This document shows, in pieces, positions 29,832-40,288 of a stretch of 64,000 bases of DNA; position 1 is the stretch's first letter, and the number at the start of each line of letters is the position of its first letter. The stretch covers positions 896,001-960,000 of the forward strand of contig CBDCGL010000011.1 in the NCBI GenBank assembly GCA_965216755.1. The letters run 5' to 3'. The position numbers and the translations under genes were made by a program. The notes beneath the pieces were generated by a model. That model was not told the DNA's origin, did not search any database, and was given only the letters and a program-made list of their open reading frames with translations. Source of the DNA: Alphaproteobacteria bacterium. GTDB lineage: Bacteria > Pseudomonadota > Alphaproteobacteria > UBA7887.

Positions 29832-30725
29832 TCATGTCATGCCCACGGGTGGTTTGCTTCGGCGGATACCAAACAGAGAATGCACGACGAGCGCAGAAAG
29901 CACGACGCCCCCGCCCAGCAGCGTCCGCGCACCCGGTGTCTCGCCAATGCCGATCCAAACCCACAATGGATTGAACACGGTTTCCAGCAGGGTTAGCAAG
30001 CCGACCTCGGCGGCGGTCAGATGAGGCGTGCCGCGCAAGAAAAAGAAAAAGCCAAGGCCCAGCTGAAAGATCCCCATCAGCGCCAGCAGGATCATGTCGG
30101 TCCATGGAACGGCTGTAATCTGCGCCAATGGTGCGCTGAAGGCCATCGCGAACAATCCAGCCAACATCACCGCAGGCACCATGTCGACATTCCGGTTCCG
30201 CCGTACAACGACGATATTGGCGCCAAAACATAGGGCGACACACAACGCAAAGACATTACCGAGGAAACTCGACGACTGCCAGGTTCCGCCATCGAGGCCG
30301 GCTCCTGTAAACATCAGTGCAATGCCCACCATCGCCGCCGCGATCGCCCACGCCGTGTGTGGTCGCACCTGTTCCCCAAGCAGAACGCGCCCGAGTATGG
30401 CTGATACCAATGGCGCCGCACTGAGGATCACCAAGACCGTCGCCACCAAAGTCCGGGTCATCGCGAGAATGAAGAAAACAAACGCGCCCGAAACGAGCAA
30501 CCCGGACAACACCCCACTCCAGCCCGCGGCATGAAACAACTGTGGCGCGGCCGCGCCATGACGCGCGGCCAGGTATATGGCGAACGCAATCACAAGGAAG
30601 AATGACCGATAGAAAATAACAGTCCAATCGTCGACCGAAACGGACCGCACGAGAATGCCGCCGGTGCTCCAGCACAACGTCGCCGCGGCTATAAACAACG
30701 CTCCGCGCAGCCGCGGCGACAGCAC
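29832..30725 (-). CDS. DMT/EamA family transporter
   Basis: CWSTGG, IFYRS, LGRVLLGE, LLETVFNPLWVWIGIGETP. Starts 5 bp after the lolD stop. Confidence 0.87.
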   Translation of the reverse strand: MLSPRLRGALFIAAATLCWSTGGILVRSVSVDDWTVIFYRSFFLVIAFAIYLAARHGAAAPQLFHAAGWSGVLSGLLVSGAFVFFILAMTRTLVATVLVILSAAPLVSAILGRVLLGEQVRPHTAWAIAAAMVGIALMFTGAGLDGGTWQSSSFLGNVFALCVALCFGANIVVVRRNRNVDMVPAVMLAGLFAMAFSAPLAQITAVPWTDMILLALMGIFQLGLGFFFFLRGTPHLTAAEVGLLTLLETVFNPLWVWIGIGETPGARTLLGGGVVLSALVVHSLFGIRRSKPPVGMT

Positions 30726-30730
30726 GAGGT

Positions 30731-31423
30731 TCAGACCAAGGCGCCGTCGCGCAGTGTCAGCACGCGGTCCATTCGGTTGGCGATATCGAAATTGTGGGTC
30801 GCGATCAGCGCGGCCAGACCATCTTGGCGCACGACATTGAGTAATTCTGCAATAACGTGCTCTGACGTTTCCGGATCCAGGTTTCCTGTCGGTTCATCGG
30901 CCAACAAGACACGCGGATTGTTGGCGAGCGCGCGCGCAATGGCGACGCGCTGTTGCTCCCCGCCGGACAATTGCCCGGGTCGATGGCCGGTGCGCGCGGC
31001 AAGGCCAACCCGCCCCAACAAATCCTGCGCCCTGAGCCGCGCGTCGCTGCGGCGGACGCCAGCGATCATGCGTGGCAACATAACGTTTTCGATCGCGGTG
31101 AATTCCGGCATCAAGTGGTGAAACTGGTAGACAAAGCCCAAGGCCTGCCGCCGCATCGTGGTACGCGTGACATCATTCAACTTGCCGCAGGCGGTCTTAC
31201 CGATCCACACCTCTCCACGATCCGGGTGTTCCAGCAAACCGGCAACGTGCAACAAAGTCGACTTGCCAGATCCCGAAGGACCGACCAGCGCAACGACTTC
31301 ACCAGCCGCGACCGAAAGCTCTGCCCCGCGCAACACCGGCACCGGCCGGCCACCTTGCAGATAGGTGCGCTCAATGCGCTTCATGGTCAGGGCCGGTGGC
31401 GCCGCGTCGTTCAGCTCACTCAT
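30731..31423 (-). CDS. lolD: Lipoprotein-releasing ABC transporter ATP-binding protein
   Basis: [18 protein letters not shown] (LolD motif), [17 protein letters not shown]. Confidence 0.95.
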   Translation of the reverse strand: MSELNDAAPPALTMKRIERTYLQGGRPVPVLRGAELSVAAGEVVALVGPSGSGKSTLLHVAGLLEHPDRGEVWIGKTACGKLNDVTRTTMRRQALGFVYQFHHLMPEFTAIENVMLPRMIAGVRRSDARLRAQDLLGRVGLAARTGHRPGQLSGGEQQRVAIARALANNPRVLLADEPTGNLDPETSEHVIAELLNVVRQDGLAALIATHNFDIANRMDRVLTLRDGALV

Positions 31424-32669
31424 AACGAAGTGCTTCGACCGGGTCGAGCCGCGCGGCCCGCCAGGCCGGATAGATTGTCGCCAAAAATGACAACACCAAA
31501 CTCATCACCACGACCGTGCCAACTTCGGTCGGGTCAACTTTCGCTGGCAAATTGGATAGAAAATACACTTCGGCCGGAAACAACTGCCACCCGGTCAGGC
31601 TTTGAATTCCTTGCCGAATATGTTCGATGTTGCTGACGAAGCCATAGCCGAGCAAAAAACCCGCGACAGTGCCGATGACGCCGACCGACGCGCCTGTCAG
31701 GAAAAAGATCCGCATAATCATGCCCCGTGTCGCGCCCATGGTCCGCAAGATGGCGATCCCTTTGCTCTTGTCATGAACCAGCATGATCAGGCTGGATATG
31801 ATATTGAACGCGGCAACGAGAATGATCAGGGTCAAGATCAAGAACATGACATTGCGCTCAACCTTGAGGGCGTTGACAAACTGAGCATTGGCCTGCTGCC
31901 ACGAATAGGCATAAACGTTCTCGCCGGCCAACGCCCGCAGGCCATCTCGCGCGTCGCCCGCCGCCTTGGGCTCGTTGATAAACACCTCGATCTCGTTAAC
32001 TTGCTCCGGCAACCGAAAATAGAGCTGTGCCTGCGACAGAGGCATGTAAACAAAGCTTGAATCATATTCGATCATGCCGACATCGAACATCGCCGCAACT
32101 CTGTAAGCGCGTGCCCGCGGTACCGTGCCAAAAACCGTGCTGCGGCCTTCCGGCGATATCAGGGTTACCTCCCCGCCAACCGCGACGCCCAGGCTGCGCG
32201 CCAATCTGTACCCGATGACGATGGTATCGGCGTCGGCCGAGAAGCCATCCAAAGAGCCGTCAACGATACCATTGGCGATAATTTCGCGGGCCCTCAGATC
32301 CCGCGGACGAATGCCGCGAACCATGGCCCCGCGGGCGGCCGTACCCGCCGTCGCCATGACCTGACCTTCAATTCCCGGCGTGACCATGACGACATTTGCT
32401 TGCGCCGCTATGCTGCCAGTAACTCGATCAAAATCGGCAATGCCCTCGCCGGGAATGCTGGCATGAATGATGACGTGCCCGCCGACGCCCAAGATCCGAT
32501 CGAGCAATTCTTGCCGAAATCCGTTCATGACCGACATCACGATGATCAGCGTCGCGACGCCGAGCGCGATGCCGATCAGCGAAAACCAGGCGATGACCGA
32601 AATGAAGCCCTCCTGCCGGCGCGCCCGAAGATAGCGGCCGGCAACCCACCGCTCAAATGATGTGAACAC
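31416..32669 (-). CDS. Lipoprotein-releasing ABC transporter permease (LolC/E, single-subunit type)
   Basis: [49 protein letters not shown]. Confidence 0.95.
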   Translation of the reverse strand: MFTSFERWVAGRYLRARRQEGFISVIAWFSLIGIALGVATLIIVMSVMNGFRQELLDRILGVGGHVIIHASIPGEGIADFDRVTGSIAAQANVVMVTPGIEGQVMATAGTAARGAMVRGIRPRDLRAREIIANGIVDGSLDGFSADADTIVIGYRLARSLGVAVGGEVTLISPEGRSTVFGTVPRARAYRVAAMFDVGMIEYDSSFVYMPLSQAQLYFRLPEQVNEIEVFINEPKAAGDARDGLRALAGENVYAYSWQQANAQFVNALKVERNVMFLILTLIILVAAFNIISSLIMLVHDKSKGIAILRTMGATRGMIMRIFFLTGASVGVIGTVAGFLLGYGFVSNIEHIRQGIQSLTGWQLFPAEVYFLSNLPAKVDPTEVGTVVVMSLVLSFLATIYPAWRAARLDPVEALRYE

Positions 32670-32739
32670 CCGCTAGCGTTCCAGTTCCAGGATAAGCGTT
32701 AACATCCAGGTGGCCCCCTTGCGGACTTTGGTCCGATAG

Positions 32740-34059
32740 CTAGCTGTGTAGGTTTGCTACAACGGCCTCAAGCGACATCTCCACGCGCTCGCCACCTTGC
32801 CGCTGCTTGACTTCCGCATTTCCCTGTTTGACGCCGCGCGGCCCAACAACAACTTGGTGCGGCAGGCCAATTAGATCCATGGTCGCGAATTTGACCCCGG
32901 CACGCTCGTCACGATCATCATAAAGCACCGATTTGCCGGAATTCTCCAACTCGCGGACGATCTTCTCACAAGCCGCGTCACAGGCTGTGTCGCCTGTCTT
33001 CAAATTGATCAGACCAACGTCAAATGGGGCCACCGTCTCCGGCCAAATAATGCCCGAGTCATCGTGGCTGGCCTCGATAATAGCCCCCACCAAACGAGAC
33101 ACGCCGATGCCATAGGATCCCATTTCGACAGTGATTAGCTCGCCATTCGGGCCCGTTACAAACGCGCCCAAAACCTTGGAATATTTGGATCCGAAGAAAA
33201 AGATGTGACCAACTTCGATGCCGCGCGCTTCGCGTTGTTGATCCGCCGACACGCCGGCCTCGAACGCGGCTTGGTCGTGTTGTTCATCGGTTGCCGCGTA
33301 AAGGCTCGTCCAGTCACGAACGATGCCGCTCAAATCACCGTCATAGTCAATATCCGACCCGAGTGGATCGAAAGACAGATAGTCCGCGTGGCAGAAAACC
33401 TGACTTTCGCCAGTTTCCGCCAAAATGATGAATTCATGACTCATATCGCCGCCAATGGGACCGGTGTCGGCGCGCATAGGGATAGCCTTCAGGCCCATGC
33501 GCGCAAATGTCCGCAAATAGGCGACGAACATTCGATTGTACGACTTGCGCGCCGCGTCTTGGTCCAAATCGAAAGAGTAATTGTCCTTCATCAGAAATTC
33601 GCGACCCCTCATGACGCCAAAACGCGGCCGCACTTCATCGCGAAACTTCCATTGGATTTGATAGAGATTGAGTGGCAAATCGCGATAGCTTTTGACGTTC
33701 TGGCGGAATATGTCGGTCACGACCTCTTCGTGTGTTGGCCCAAACAACATCGGCCGATCGTGGCGATCCGTAATACGCAACATCTCGCGCCCATAATCAT
33801 CGTAGCGGCCACTCTCCTGCCATAGTTCGGCCGGCTGAATCGCGGGCATCAGGATCTCCTGGCAGCCCGCAGCATCCATTTCCGACCGCACAATCGCCTC
33901 GATTTTGCGTAACACCCGATAACCGAGAGGCAACCAGCTATAAATACCGGCACTCGATTGCCGAATCATTCCGGCGCGCAACATCAACCTGTGGGAGACG
34001 ATGGTCGCCTCGCTGGGATCTTCTTTGATGGTCGGCAGAAAATATCCGGAAAGTCGCAT
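32740..34059 (-). CDS. proS: Proline--tRNA ligase (short alphaproteobacterial type)
   Basis: [44 protein letters not shown]. Confidence 0.97.
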   Translation of the reverse strand: MRLSGYFLPTIKEDPSEATIVSHRLMLRAGMIRQSSAGIYSWLPLGYRVLRKIEAIVRSEMDAAGCQEILMPAIQPAELWQESGRYDDYGREMLRITDRHDRPMLFGPTHEEVVTDIFRQNVKSYRDLPLNLYQIQWKFRDEVRPRFGVMRGREFLMKDNYSFDLDQDAARKSYNRMFVAYLRTFARMGLKAIPMRADTGPIGGDMSHEFIILAETGESQVFCHADYLSFDPLGSDIDYDGDLSGIVRDWTSLYAATDEQHDQAAFEAGVSADQQREARGIEVGHIFFFGSKYSKVLGAFVTGPNGELITVEMGSYGIGVSRLVGAIIEASHDDSGIIWPETVAPFDVGLINLKTGDTACDAACEKIVRELENSGKSVLYDDRDERAGVKFATMDLIGLPHQVVVGPRGVKQGNAEVKQRQGGERVEMSLEAVVANLHS

Positions 34060-34139
34060 CACGATTCCGTTCGCAAGTCCATCGCGGGTCGCTGCGGAAG
34101 GGGGCCAAATCTATGAGATGATGCGGCTTATGGCAATGA

Positions 34140-34592
34140 TCAGGGTCGTGCCGGATTGCGTTCCACGCACGCCGCCGCCAGTGCCCGCTGTTCGTCAGAG
34201 GTGAGCGGCCGATCGCCAAGATAAACCACGCCGTCACGAACCCTAATCTCGCCTGCATTGACCAACCCGTCGGCGAGTGCCGGTGGCGGCACGGTGTAGT
34301 CGGCCAAAGGGATTCGCGGATCAACCGAAACGTCCGCCGGATCAATGATGAGCGTGTCACTATCGGGAAGGTCGGCCGGGACGACCACCTCCCCATCGAT
34401 GCCGACCCGGGACTGGTACGCAACGTCCGCCGCCGGTGCGTGCCGAACGAGCGCGTCGCAATCCACCCCGTTTATTGCAAATTCCTCAGCGTCAACGTCT
34501 GACGACTGCGCAAGCGCGCCGCCGGTAAATGAAGCCAATATCACGGTAAATGCCACTATTTCAAAGAAGTGCTTTGCGTAACGCTTGTCCAT
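34140..34592 (-). CDS. Secreted hypothetical protein
   Basis: Signal peptide ending ALA-Q. C..LVRHAPAADVAY...G..VVPADL, with two Cys. Confidence 0.75.
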   Translation of the reverse strand: MDKRYAKHFFEIVAFTVILASFTGGALAQSSDVDAEEFAINGVDCDALVRHAPAADVAYQSRVGIDGEVVVPADLPDSDTLIIDPADVSVDPRIPLADYTVPPPALADGLVNAGEIRVRDGVVYLGDRPLTSDEQRALAAACVERNPARP

Positions 34593-34650
34593 GGCAACAA
34601 CAATCCCGCGTCGATGCTAAGGAAGCGATAACGATCGAAAGAGAGATATA

Positions 34651-34679
34651 TTGCATTTAAGCAAAATCCTAATTTAATT
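34651..34679 (+). promoter_or_regulatory. Candidate sigma70 promoter for an intergenic RNA
   Basis: TTGCAT-17 bp-TTAATT in an AT-rich stretch. Confidence 0.4.
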
Positions 34680-34720
34680 AGTGACGAAATGCGTAATAGC
34701 TATTATTCTTCGCATCACTA

Positions 34721-34885
34721 ATGTGGAGCCGTACCACATAGCCAAATGCGGTCCAGGTTTAGGGAGGAAGGACTGCGGAGAAGCGACTGCCCCGAGGTCG
34801 CTATTCCGCATGCCGCATTGCTAGGCTAAATAACTTTGCCTATTGGCGAGCAAGGCCTTATCAAAGGTCTTGCTCTTTTCTTTTT
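34721..34885 (+). ncRNA. Candidate structured sRNA near proS (possibly alpha-r9-like)
   Basis: Nested stems TAGCC/GGCTA, AATGCGG/CCGCATT, GTCC/GGAC (loop AGGTTTAGGGAGGAA), TGCGGA/TCCGCA and AGCGAC/GTCGCT. Ends in a plus-strand terminator while both flanking genes are on the minus strand. Confidence 0.65.
34848..34885 (+). terminator. Rho-independent terminator
   Basis: GAGCAAGGCCTT-ATCA-AAGGTCTTGCTC followed by TTTTCTTTTT. Confidence 0.8.
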
Positions 34886-34895
34886 GCGAGAACCT

Positions 34896-35177
34896 TTAGG
34901 AAGGTTCGAACTGCCGCGTGTCGAGCGGCGCCGGTGGCCGAAGCCATTCCTTCAGAGGCAACCAGCCGGCATCAGCCGAAAACCAGATGGCAGTTGTAAT
35001 CAGGACACTCACGATGGTTGCCACGCCGGCCTTTAGGAGCATACGCGGGCGCTCTGGCGCACCATGATCCATGCCCGGTTCGGGGGATTCTTGACGCCGC
35101 ACGCCAAATGGTAGGCTGATGAATAGGACCATCCACCAGATGATCACGAAAACAACGATTGTGCCAGCTGTGTCCAA
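34896..35177 (-). CDS. DUF1467 family protein
   Basis: IIWWMVLFISLPFGVR, GMDHGAP. Conserved position after mce. Confidence 0.88.
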   Translation of the reverse strand: MDTAGTIVVFVIIWWMVLFISLPFGVRRQESPEPGMDHGAPERPRMLLKAGVATIVSVLITTAIWFSADAGWLPLKEWLRPPAPLDTRQFEPS

Positions 35178-35183
35178 CGTGGG

Positions 35184-35588
35184 TTAGGCTTGTTCGAGTT
35201 CGATCAGCGTGCCGACGAAGTCCTTCGGATGTAGAAACAACACCGGCTTTTCGTGTGCGCCGATTCTTGGTTCGCCGTTGCCAAGTACGCGCACGCCCTT
35301 GGCGCGCAATTGATCGCGCGCGGCAATGATATCATCAACTTCATAGCAGACGTGGTGCACGCCACCAGCCGGATTTCGCGCCAAAAAACCTGCAATTGGA
35401 GATACATCACCAAGCGGATGAAGCAGTTCGATCTTGCTGTTCGGCAATGTTACGAACACTGTCGTGACCCCGTGTCTCGGCAATGGGACCGGATCGGACA
35501 CATCGCCGCCCAGCACATCTCGATATAACGCCGCGGCCTGTTTCAGATCAGGTACGGCGATCGCGACATGATTCAGCCGGCCGATCAT
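35184..35588 (-). CDS. mce: Methylmalonyl-CoA epimerase
   Basis: MIGRLNHVAIAVP, HGVTTVFV, GVHHVCYEV, IGAHEKPVLFLHPKDF, LIELEQ. Confidence 0.96.
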   Translation of the reverse strand: MIGRLNHVAIAVPDLKQAAALYRDVLGGDVSDPVPLPRHGVTTVFVTLPNSKIELLHPLGDVSPIAGFLARNPAGGVHHVCYEVDDIIAARDQLRAKGVRVLGNGEPRIGAHEKPVLFLHPKDFVGTLIELEQA

Positions 35589-35609
35589 TGAAAATACGTG
35601 CCTCCCTTC

Positions 35610-37280
35610 TCAAACACGGACGAGTTCCACCATGATCGGTGGTCGCTTGTCGTGAAGCCGTCGAATTTCGCGCCGCACCACAAGACGAGCTGCCTCGCGC
35701 ACTGTTTGGTCGTTGGCGCGTTGGGCAGGCGCCATCTCTTCCAGATGCCGGTCAATGCGTTGGGCCAAGTCTTCACATAGCACCTTGTCGTCGTTGACGA
35801 TACCGCGCGTCGCCACGCGTGACGGCGCCAACAGGCGACCATGGCTATCGGTCACCAGCGTCACGAACGCGGTTCCATCGAACATTAGGCGCCGCCGTTC
35901 ACGCAATACCGGACTGTCAGTCGCGATCAATGATCGTCCGTCCAGTGCCAGCCGGCCGTTCGAGACATGGTCGACGACTTGCGCCGGACCCGGTGCAAGC
36001 CGTATGACGGCCCCGTTTTCCGGCTCCACAACCTCGGGAACCTGAATCGATCGGGCGAGCGCGGCGTGGGCCGCAATGTGACGACGTTCACCATGCACAG
36101 GCACCGCGGCGCGCGGTCTGACCCAATCGTAATAGCGGGCCAGCTCATCTTGTGACGGATGCCCAGAAACGTGGACAAAGTGGTCCTTTTCCGTGATCAC
36201 TTTGACGCCCTGGGCAATCAGCTGATTGTGCAAACGTCCGATTGAACGCTCATTACCCGGAATAATCTTAGACGAGAATATCACCAGGTCGTCCTCTTCC
36301 AGTACGATCTGGGGGTGGTCGCCATTCGCGATGCGAGCCATGGCGCCGCGTGGTTCCCCCTGACAACCAGTGCAGATCAGGAGTACTTTGTTGGGCGGCA
36401 AAAAGCCCGCATCCACCGCACTTACGAAGGGCGGAATATCGGCCAGGTATCCGGCCTCGCGCGCGGCCTCGGTCACGCGCCAAAGGCTGCGCCCGATCAA
36501 CGCCGCATGGCGGCCATGGGTCGCCGCAACCACTGCAAGTGTTTCCAAACGAGCGATATTTGACGCAAAAGTCGTCACCGCGACTCGTTCTTTTTGCTGC
36601 CCAACCAGCCGCAGCAAACTGTCGCGCACCGCCCTTTCTGAGCCGCTCTCACCCGGCTGAAAAGCGTTTGTGGAATCGCACACCATGGCGATCACGCCGT
36701 CGGCGCCATGCCGCTGCAAGGCCGCAACGTTGGTCACCTCACCCACCAGAGGTTCGGGATCGATCTTGAAATCGCCGGTATGAAGAACCGTTCCCAGCCG
36801 CGTCTTAATGGCGACGGCGTTTGGCTCAGCGATCGAATGGGTCACAGTGATCATTTCCAGATCGAAGGGACCGATTTGGATTCGACCGCCCAAAGGCACT
36901 TCAATCAACTGTTCTGGGCGGGCCACCTCCTCGCCGGCCAACTTCCTGCGCAGCAGTGCTGCCGTGAATGGTGTGGCGTAGACCGGGCATTGCAGCCGCT
37001 CCCAAAGATACGGGACCGCGCCCAAATGATCTTCGTGACCATGGGTAAGAACCAAAGCGAGAAGATCGTCGCGACGCGCCTCGATAAAAGACGGGTCGGG
37101 CATGACGATATCGATTCCGGGTAGGCGCTCTTCGCCAAATGCGACGCCCAAATCGATCATCAGCCATTTCCCGTCGAGGCCATATAGGTTGAGGTTCATA
37201 CCGATCTCGCTGGAACCGCCGAGCGGCACAAACAAGAGCTCTCCGTCGGGCGAAGCGCCGGCGCCGCCGCCCGCGCTCAT
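35610..37280 (-). CDS. rnj: Ribonuclease J
   Basis: PLGGSSEIGMN, THGHEDHLG, HTGDFK, TGCQGEP, HVSGH, PVHGE. Confidence 0.96.
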   Translation of the reverse strand: MSAGGGAGASPDGELLFVPLGGSSEIGMNLNLYGLDGKWLMIDLGVAFGEERLPGIDIVMPDPSFIEARRDDLLALVLTHGHEDHLGAVPYLWERLQCPVYATPFTAALLRRKLAGEEVARPEQLIEVPLGGRIQIGPFDLEMITVTHSIAEPNAVAIKTRLGTVLHTGDFKIDPEPLVGEVTNVAALQRHGADGVIAMVCDSTNAFQPGESGSERAVRDSLLRLVGQQKERVAVTTFASNIARLETLAVVAATHGRHAALIGRSLWRVTEAAREAGYLADIPPFVSAVDAGFLPPNKVLLICTGCQGEPRGAMARIANGDHPQIVLEEDDLVIFSSKIIPGNERSIGRLHNQLIAQGVKVITEKDHFVHVSGHPSQDELARYYDWVRPRAAVPVHGERRHIAAHAALARSIQVPEVVEPENGAVIRLAPGPAQVVDHVSNGRLALDGRSLIATDSPVLRERRRLMFDGTAFVTLVTDSHGRLLAPSRVATRGIVNDDKVLCEDLAQRIDRHLEEMAPAQRANDQTVREAARLVVRREIRRLHDKRPPIMVELVRV

Positions 37281-38071
37281 GTAGCCTCGTCGCGCTGGTT
37301 CCGGTCATGCACGAGTCGAAGACCGTGCAATATCAGATCGGATTCAACCACATCGATACAATCGGCGGCTTCGTTGAATAAAGGTGCCAAGCCGCCGGTC
37401 GCGACAACTTTCATCGGCTTGCCGACCTCAGTCTTGATCCGCCCGATTAACCCTTCGATCAAACCGACATAGCCCCAATAGACGCCCGATTGCATGGCTT
37501 CCACGGTGCCTTTACCGATGACCTTGTCGGTTCGCTCGACTGAAACCCTGGGCAACCGCGCGGCCGCCCGCTCCAAGGCATCGATTGACAAGTTAACGCC
37601 GGGAGCAATCACGCCGCCTTCGTAGTGTCCGTCGGGGCTCACCACGTCCAGGGTTGTCGCGGTGCCAAAGTCAACCACGATCAGCCAATCTTGGTAGCGT
37701 TCGTGCGCCGCTACAGCATTGACCAAACGATCCGCGCCGACCTCTGCTGGTCGTGTGATGTGGACCTCGATGCCCAAATCCGTACCGTCGCCGACAATAA
37801 GCGGAACGCACCGAAAAAAGCGCCGGCACAGGGTTTCGACGGCGAACAGAGCTTGCGGAACGACCGTTGCGATGACCGCCGCCGAAATGGCGCCGGGTGA
37901 GATCCCGTCGAGAGACATCAATTGTGTTAGCCAGACGGCATATTCCTCAGCCGTGCGCCGAGGATTTGTTGATGTTCGCCATTGATCGACCAACTCGGCG
38001 CCATCGAACACTGCGAAAACAACGTTCGTGTTGCCGGCATCGATCGCGAGAAGCAGATCCTTTTTGTCCAT
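37277..38071 (-). CDS. coaX: Type III pantothenate kinase
   Basis: LLAIDAGNTN, VGADRLVN, VDFGTATT, GGVIAPG, VATGG. Confidence 0.96.
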   Translation of the reverse strand: MDKKDLLLAIDAGNTNVVFAVFDGAELVDQWRTSTNPRRTAEEYAVWLTQLMSLDGISPGAISAAVIATVVPQALFAVETLCRRFFRCVPLIVGDGTDLGIEVHITRPAEVGADRLVNAVAAHERYQDWLIVVDFGTATTLDVVSPDGHYEGGVIAPGVNLSIDALERAAARLPRVSVERTDKVIGKGTVEAMQSGVYWGYVGLIEGLIGRIKTEVGKPMKVVATGGLAPLFNEAADCIDVVESDLILHGLRLVHDRNQRDEAT

Positions 38072-38075
38072 CAGA

Positions 38076-38843
38076 TCACGGTGCGGTCGTGGGCGGAAAC
38101 ACCGCGCCGGCCACAATCCGCCGACTGTCGCCGCTCGTTAGCTCAAGCACGAGCGCACCAGACTCATCAAGGTCGAGAAACGTCCCCTGCACGCGCTCTT
38201 GATCCAAACGAACCTCGATCGGGTCACCAAGGCCATGGGCGCGCGCAAGCCATGCGCGACGAAGCGGTCCAAATCCTTCATGGGTCCAAATACTAGACCA
38301 TCTGCGAAAATGGCGCACGAATGCGCCCAGGATGTCGTCGGAAGAAACATTGCTCGCGCCCTCAAATTCGAAACTTGTCGCTGGAAATTCAGCGCCATCG
38401 GGAAAAGAGCGAATGTTCACGCCAATGCCCACGATCACCCACTCCAATCGCTGCGGCGCCCGCACCGTCGACTCGAGCAAGATTCCCGACACCTTGCGGC
38501 CGTTCAGCAAAAGATCGTTGGGCCATTTGTAGGTCAGCGCGACCAAAGGCGGCAACAGACCGCCCAACGCGTCGCCCAAAGCGAGAGCCGCGACGAAAGA
38601 CAATTGTGCGGCGGTATCCACATCGACTCTTGGTCGCAACAAAAGCGAGAAGTACAGATTGCCCGGCGGCGAGTCCCAGGCCCTATCGCGACGCCCGCGG
38701 CCGGCCGTTTGCGATCGCGTGCGGATCAGCAATCCATCGGGCGCGCCCCGCTCGGCTTGTCGGCGAGCCTCGGCGTTGGTGCTGTCGATCGTTTCGAATT
38801 CCAGAAGGCGATAGCCGGGTGGTAATCGTACGGTCTCGCTCAC
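38076..38843 (-). CDS. birA: Biotin--[acetyl-CoA-carboxylase] ligase (no HTH)
   Basis: DSTN, QTAGRGRR, KWPND, KVSGIL. GTGA overlap with the nuoN stop. Confidence 0.95.
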   Translation of the reverse strand: MSETVRLPPGYRLLEFETIDSTNAEARRQAERGAPDGLLIRTRSQTAGRGRRDRAWDSPPGNLYFSLLLRPRVDVDTAAQLSFVAALALGDALGGLLPPLVALTYKWPNDLLLNGRKVSGILLESTVRAPQRLEWVIVGIGVNIRSFPDGAEFPATSFEFEGASNVSSDDILGAFVRHFRRWSSIWTHEGFGPLRRAWLARAHGLGDPIEVRLDQERVQGTFLDLDESGALVLELTSGDSRRIVAGAVFPPTTAP

Positions 38844-40279
38844 GGATACAAAGCGGTGGCCGCCGTCGCGGCACTGGCCACGACCGGTTCTACAAACACC
38901 GGTAGAAGCAAAATGAACAAGCAACACAAGACGATGACATTCGACAATTCACGCCCCATCGGCCGGTCAAACGGCTCGCGTGCATCGTCAAAGAACATCA
39001 CTTTGACGACGCGCAGATAGTAAAACGCAGCCACAACGCTGGTCAAAACACCAATAATCGCCAATGGAAACAAGCCCTGGTCGACTGCCGCGCGGAATAC
39101 ATAAAACTTGCCGAAGAATCCGGCCAATGGCGGAATTCCTGCCATGGAGAACATCAGGGCAGCGAGTCCGGTTGCCAAGAGCGGATGATATTTGCCCAGC
39201 CCGGCCAGGTCGGCGATCCCTTCAACCATTTCGCCTTTGACCCGCATCGCCAGAATGCAGCCGAATGTGCCGATCGTCATGGCCAGATATATCGCCATGT
39301 ATACGATCACCGCCTGAACACCATTCTCGCTGCCGGCCGCCAACCCGACCAACGCGTATCCGATATGACCAATCGAACTATACGCCATCAGGCGCTTGAT
39401 ATTGGTTTGGTAAACGGCGGCAAATGCGCCCAATACCATTGACGCGATCGACACAAACACAACAACCTGTCGCCAATCGCCGACCATCTCGCCAAACGGC
39501 TCAATCAAGACCCGCAGCAGCAGACCAATGGCGGCGATTTTTGGCGCAGCGGCAAAGAAGGCGGTGATCGGGGTTGGCGCCCCCTCGTAGACATCGGGGG
39601 TCCACATATGAAACGGGACAGCGGAGACTTTGAACGCCAGGCCCGCGAGCAAGAAGACGATGCCGATTGTTAGTCCAAGGTGGTCCGATTCAATTGCTAT
39701 GCGCGCCGCCAAATCATCAAAATTGGTGGTCCCGCCAAAGCCATAAATCAACGAACAACCGTAAAGCAGCAATCCCGAAGAGAGCGCACCGAGAACGAAA
39801 TACTTCAGCCCAGCCTCTGCCGCCCGCTGCGAATCTCGCTTGATGGCCGCCAATATGTAAAGCGACAAGCTTTGCAGCTCCAGCCCGACATAGAGCGCCA
39901 TCAGGTCATTGGCGGAGACCATCATCATCATCCCGAGCGTGGCGAACAGCACCAACACCGGAAACTCAAACTGCCGCATGTTTTGGCGCTCACGGAAGCC
40001 GTGCGACATGACCAAGGTCAGCCCTGCGCCCGCCACGATCAGAGCTTTCATAAATCGCGCGAATGCGTCGGCAACAAACATCCCATCGAAGGTCTGTACA
40101 TTCGCGCCTTCCATGGCAAGGACGGCGCCGAGCGTGGCGATGAGCGTCAATTCAGCCAGCCAGATGACCGAACGATCCGAATCCGAACCTTGAAAGACAC
40201 CGACCAGGAGCAAGAGGATCGCGCCGAACAAGAGAATCAGTTCAGGAATAGCGGGTAGAAGATTGGGAAAATCTGCCAT
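38840..40279 (-). CDS. nuoN: NADH-quinone oxidoreductase subunit N
   Basis: EAGLKYFVLG, FKVSAVPFHMWTPDVYEGAP, AGIPPLAGFFGK. Confidence 0.97.
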   Translation of the reverse strand: MADFPNLLPAIPELILLFGAILLLLVGVFQGSDSDRSVIWLAELTLIATLGAVLAMEGANVQTFDGMFVADAFARFMKALIVAGAGLTLVMSHGFRERQNMRQFEFPVLVLFATLGMMMMVSANDLMALYVGLELQSLSLYILAAIKRDSQRAAEAGLKYFVLGALSSGLLLYGCSLIYGFGGTTNFDDLAARIAIESDHLGLTIGIVFLLAGLAFKVSAVPFHMWTPDVYEGAPTPITAFFAAAPKIAAIGLLLRVLIEPFGEMVGDWRQVVVFVSIASMVLGAFAAVYQTNIKRLMAYSSIGHIGYALVGLAAGSENGVQAVIVYMAIYLAMTIGTFGCILAMRVKGEMVEGIADLAGLGKYHPLLATGLAALMFSMAGIPPLAGFFGKFYVFRAAVDQGLFPLAIIGVLTSVVAAFYYLRVVKVMFFDDAREPFDRPMGRELSNVIVLCCLFILLLPVFVEPVVASAATAATALYP

Positions 40280-40288
40280 CTTTGCGCC

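Noticed and set aside
32740-34059. ProRS lacking the INS editing domain
   Set aside because: The short form is normal for many alphaproteobacteria.
34657-34680. CtrA box (TTAA-N7-TTAA) in the AT-rich proS region
   Set aside because: TTAA half-sites are present but not at 7-bp spacing.
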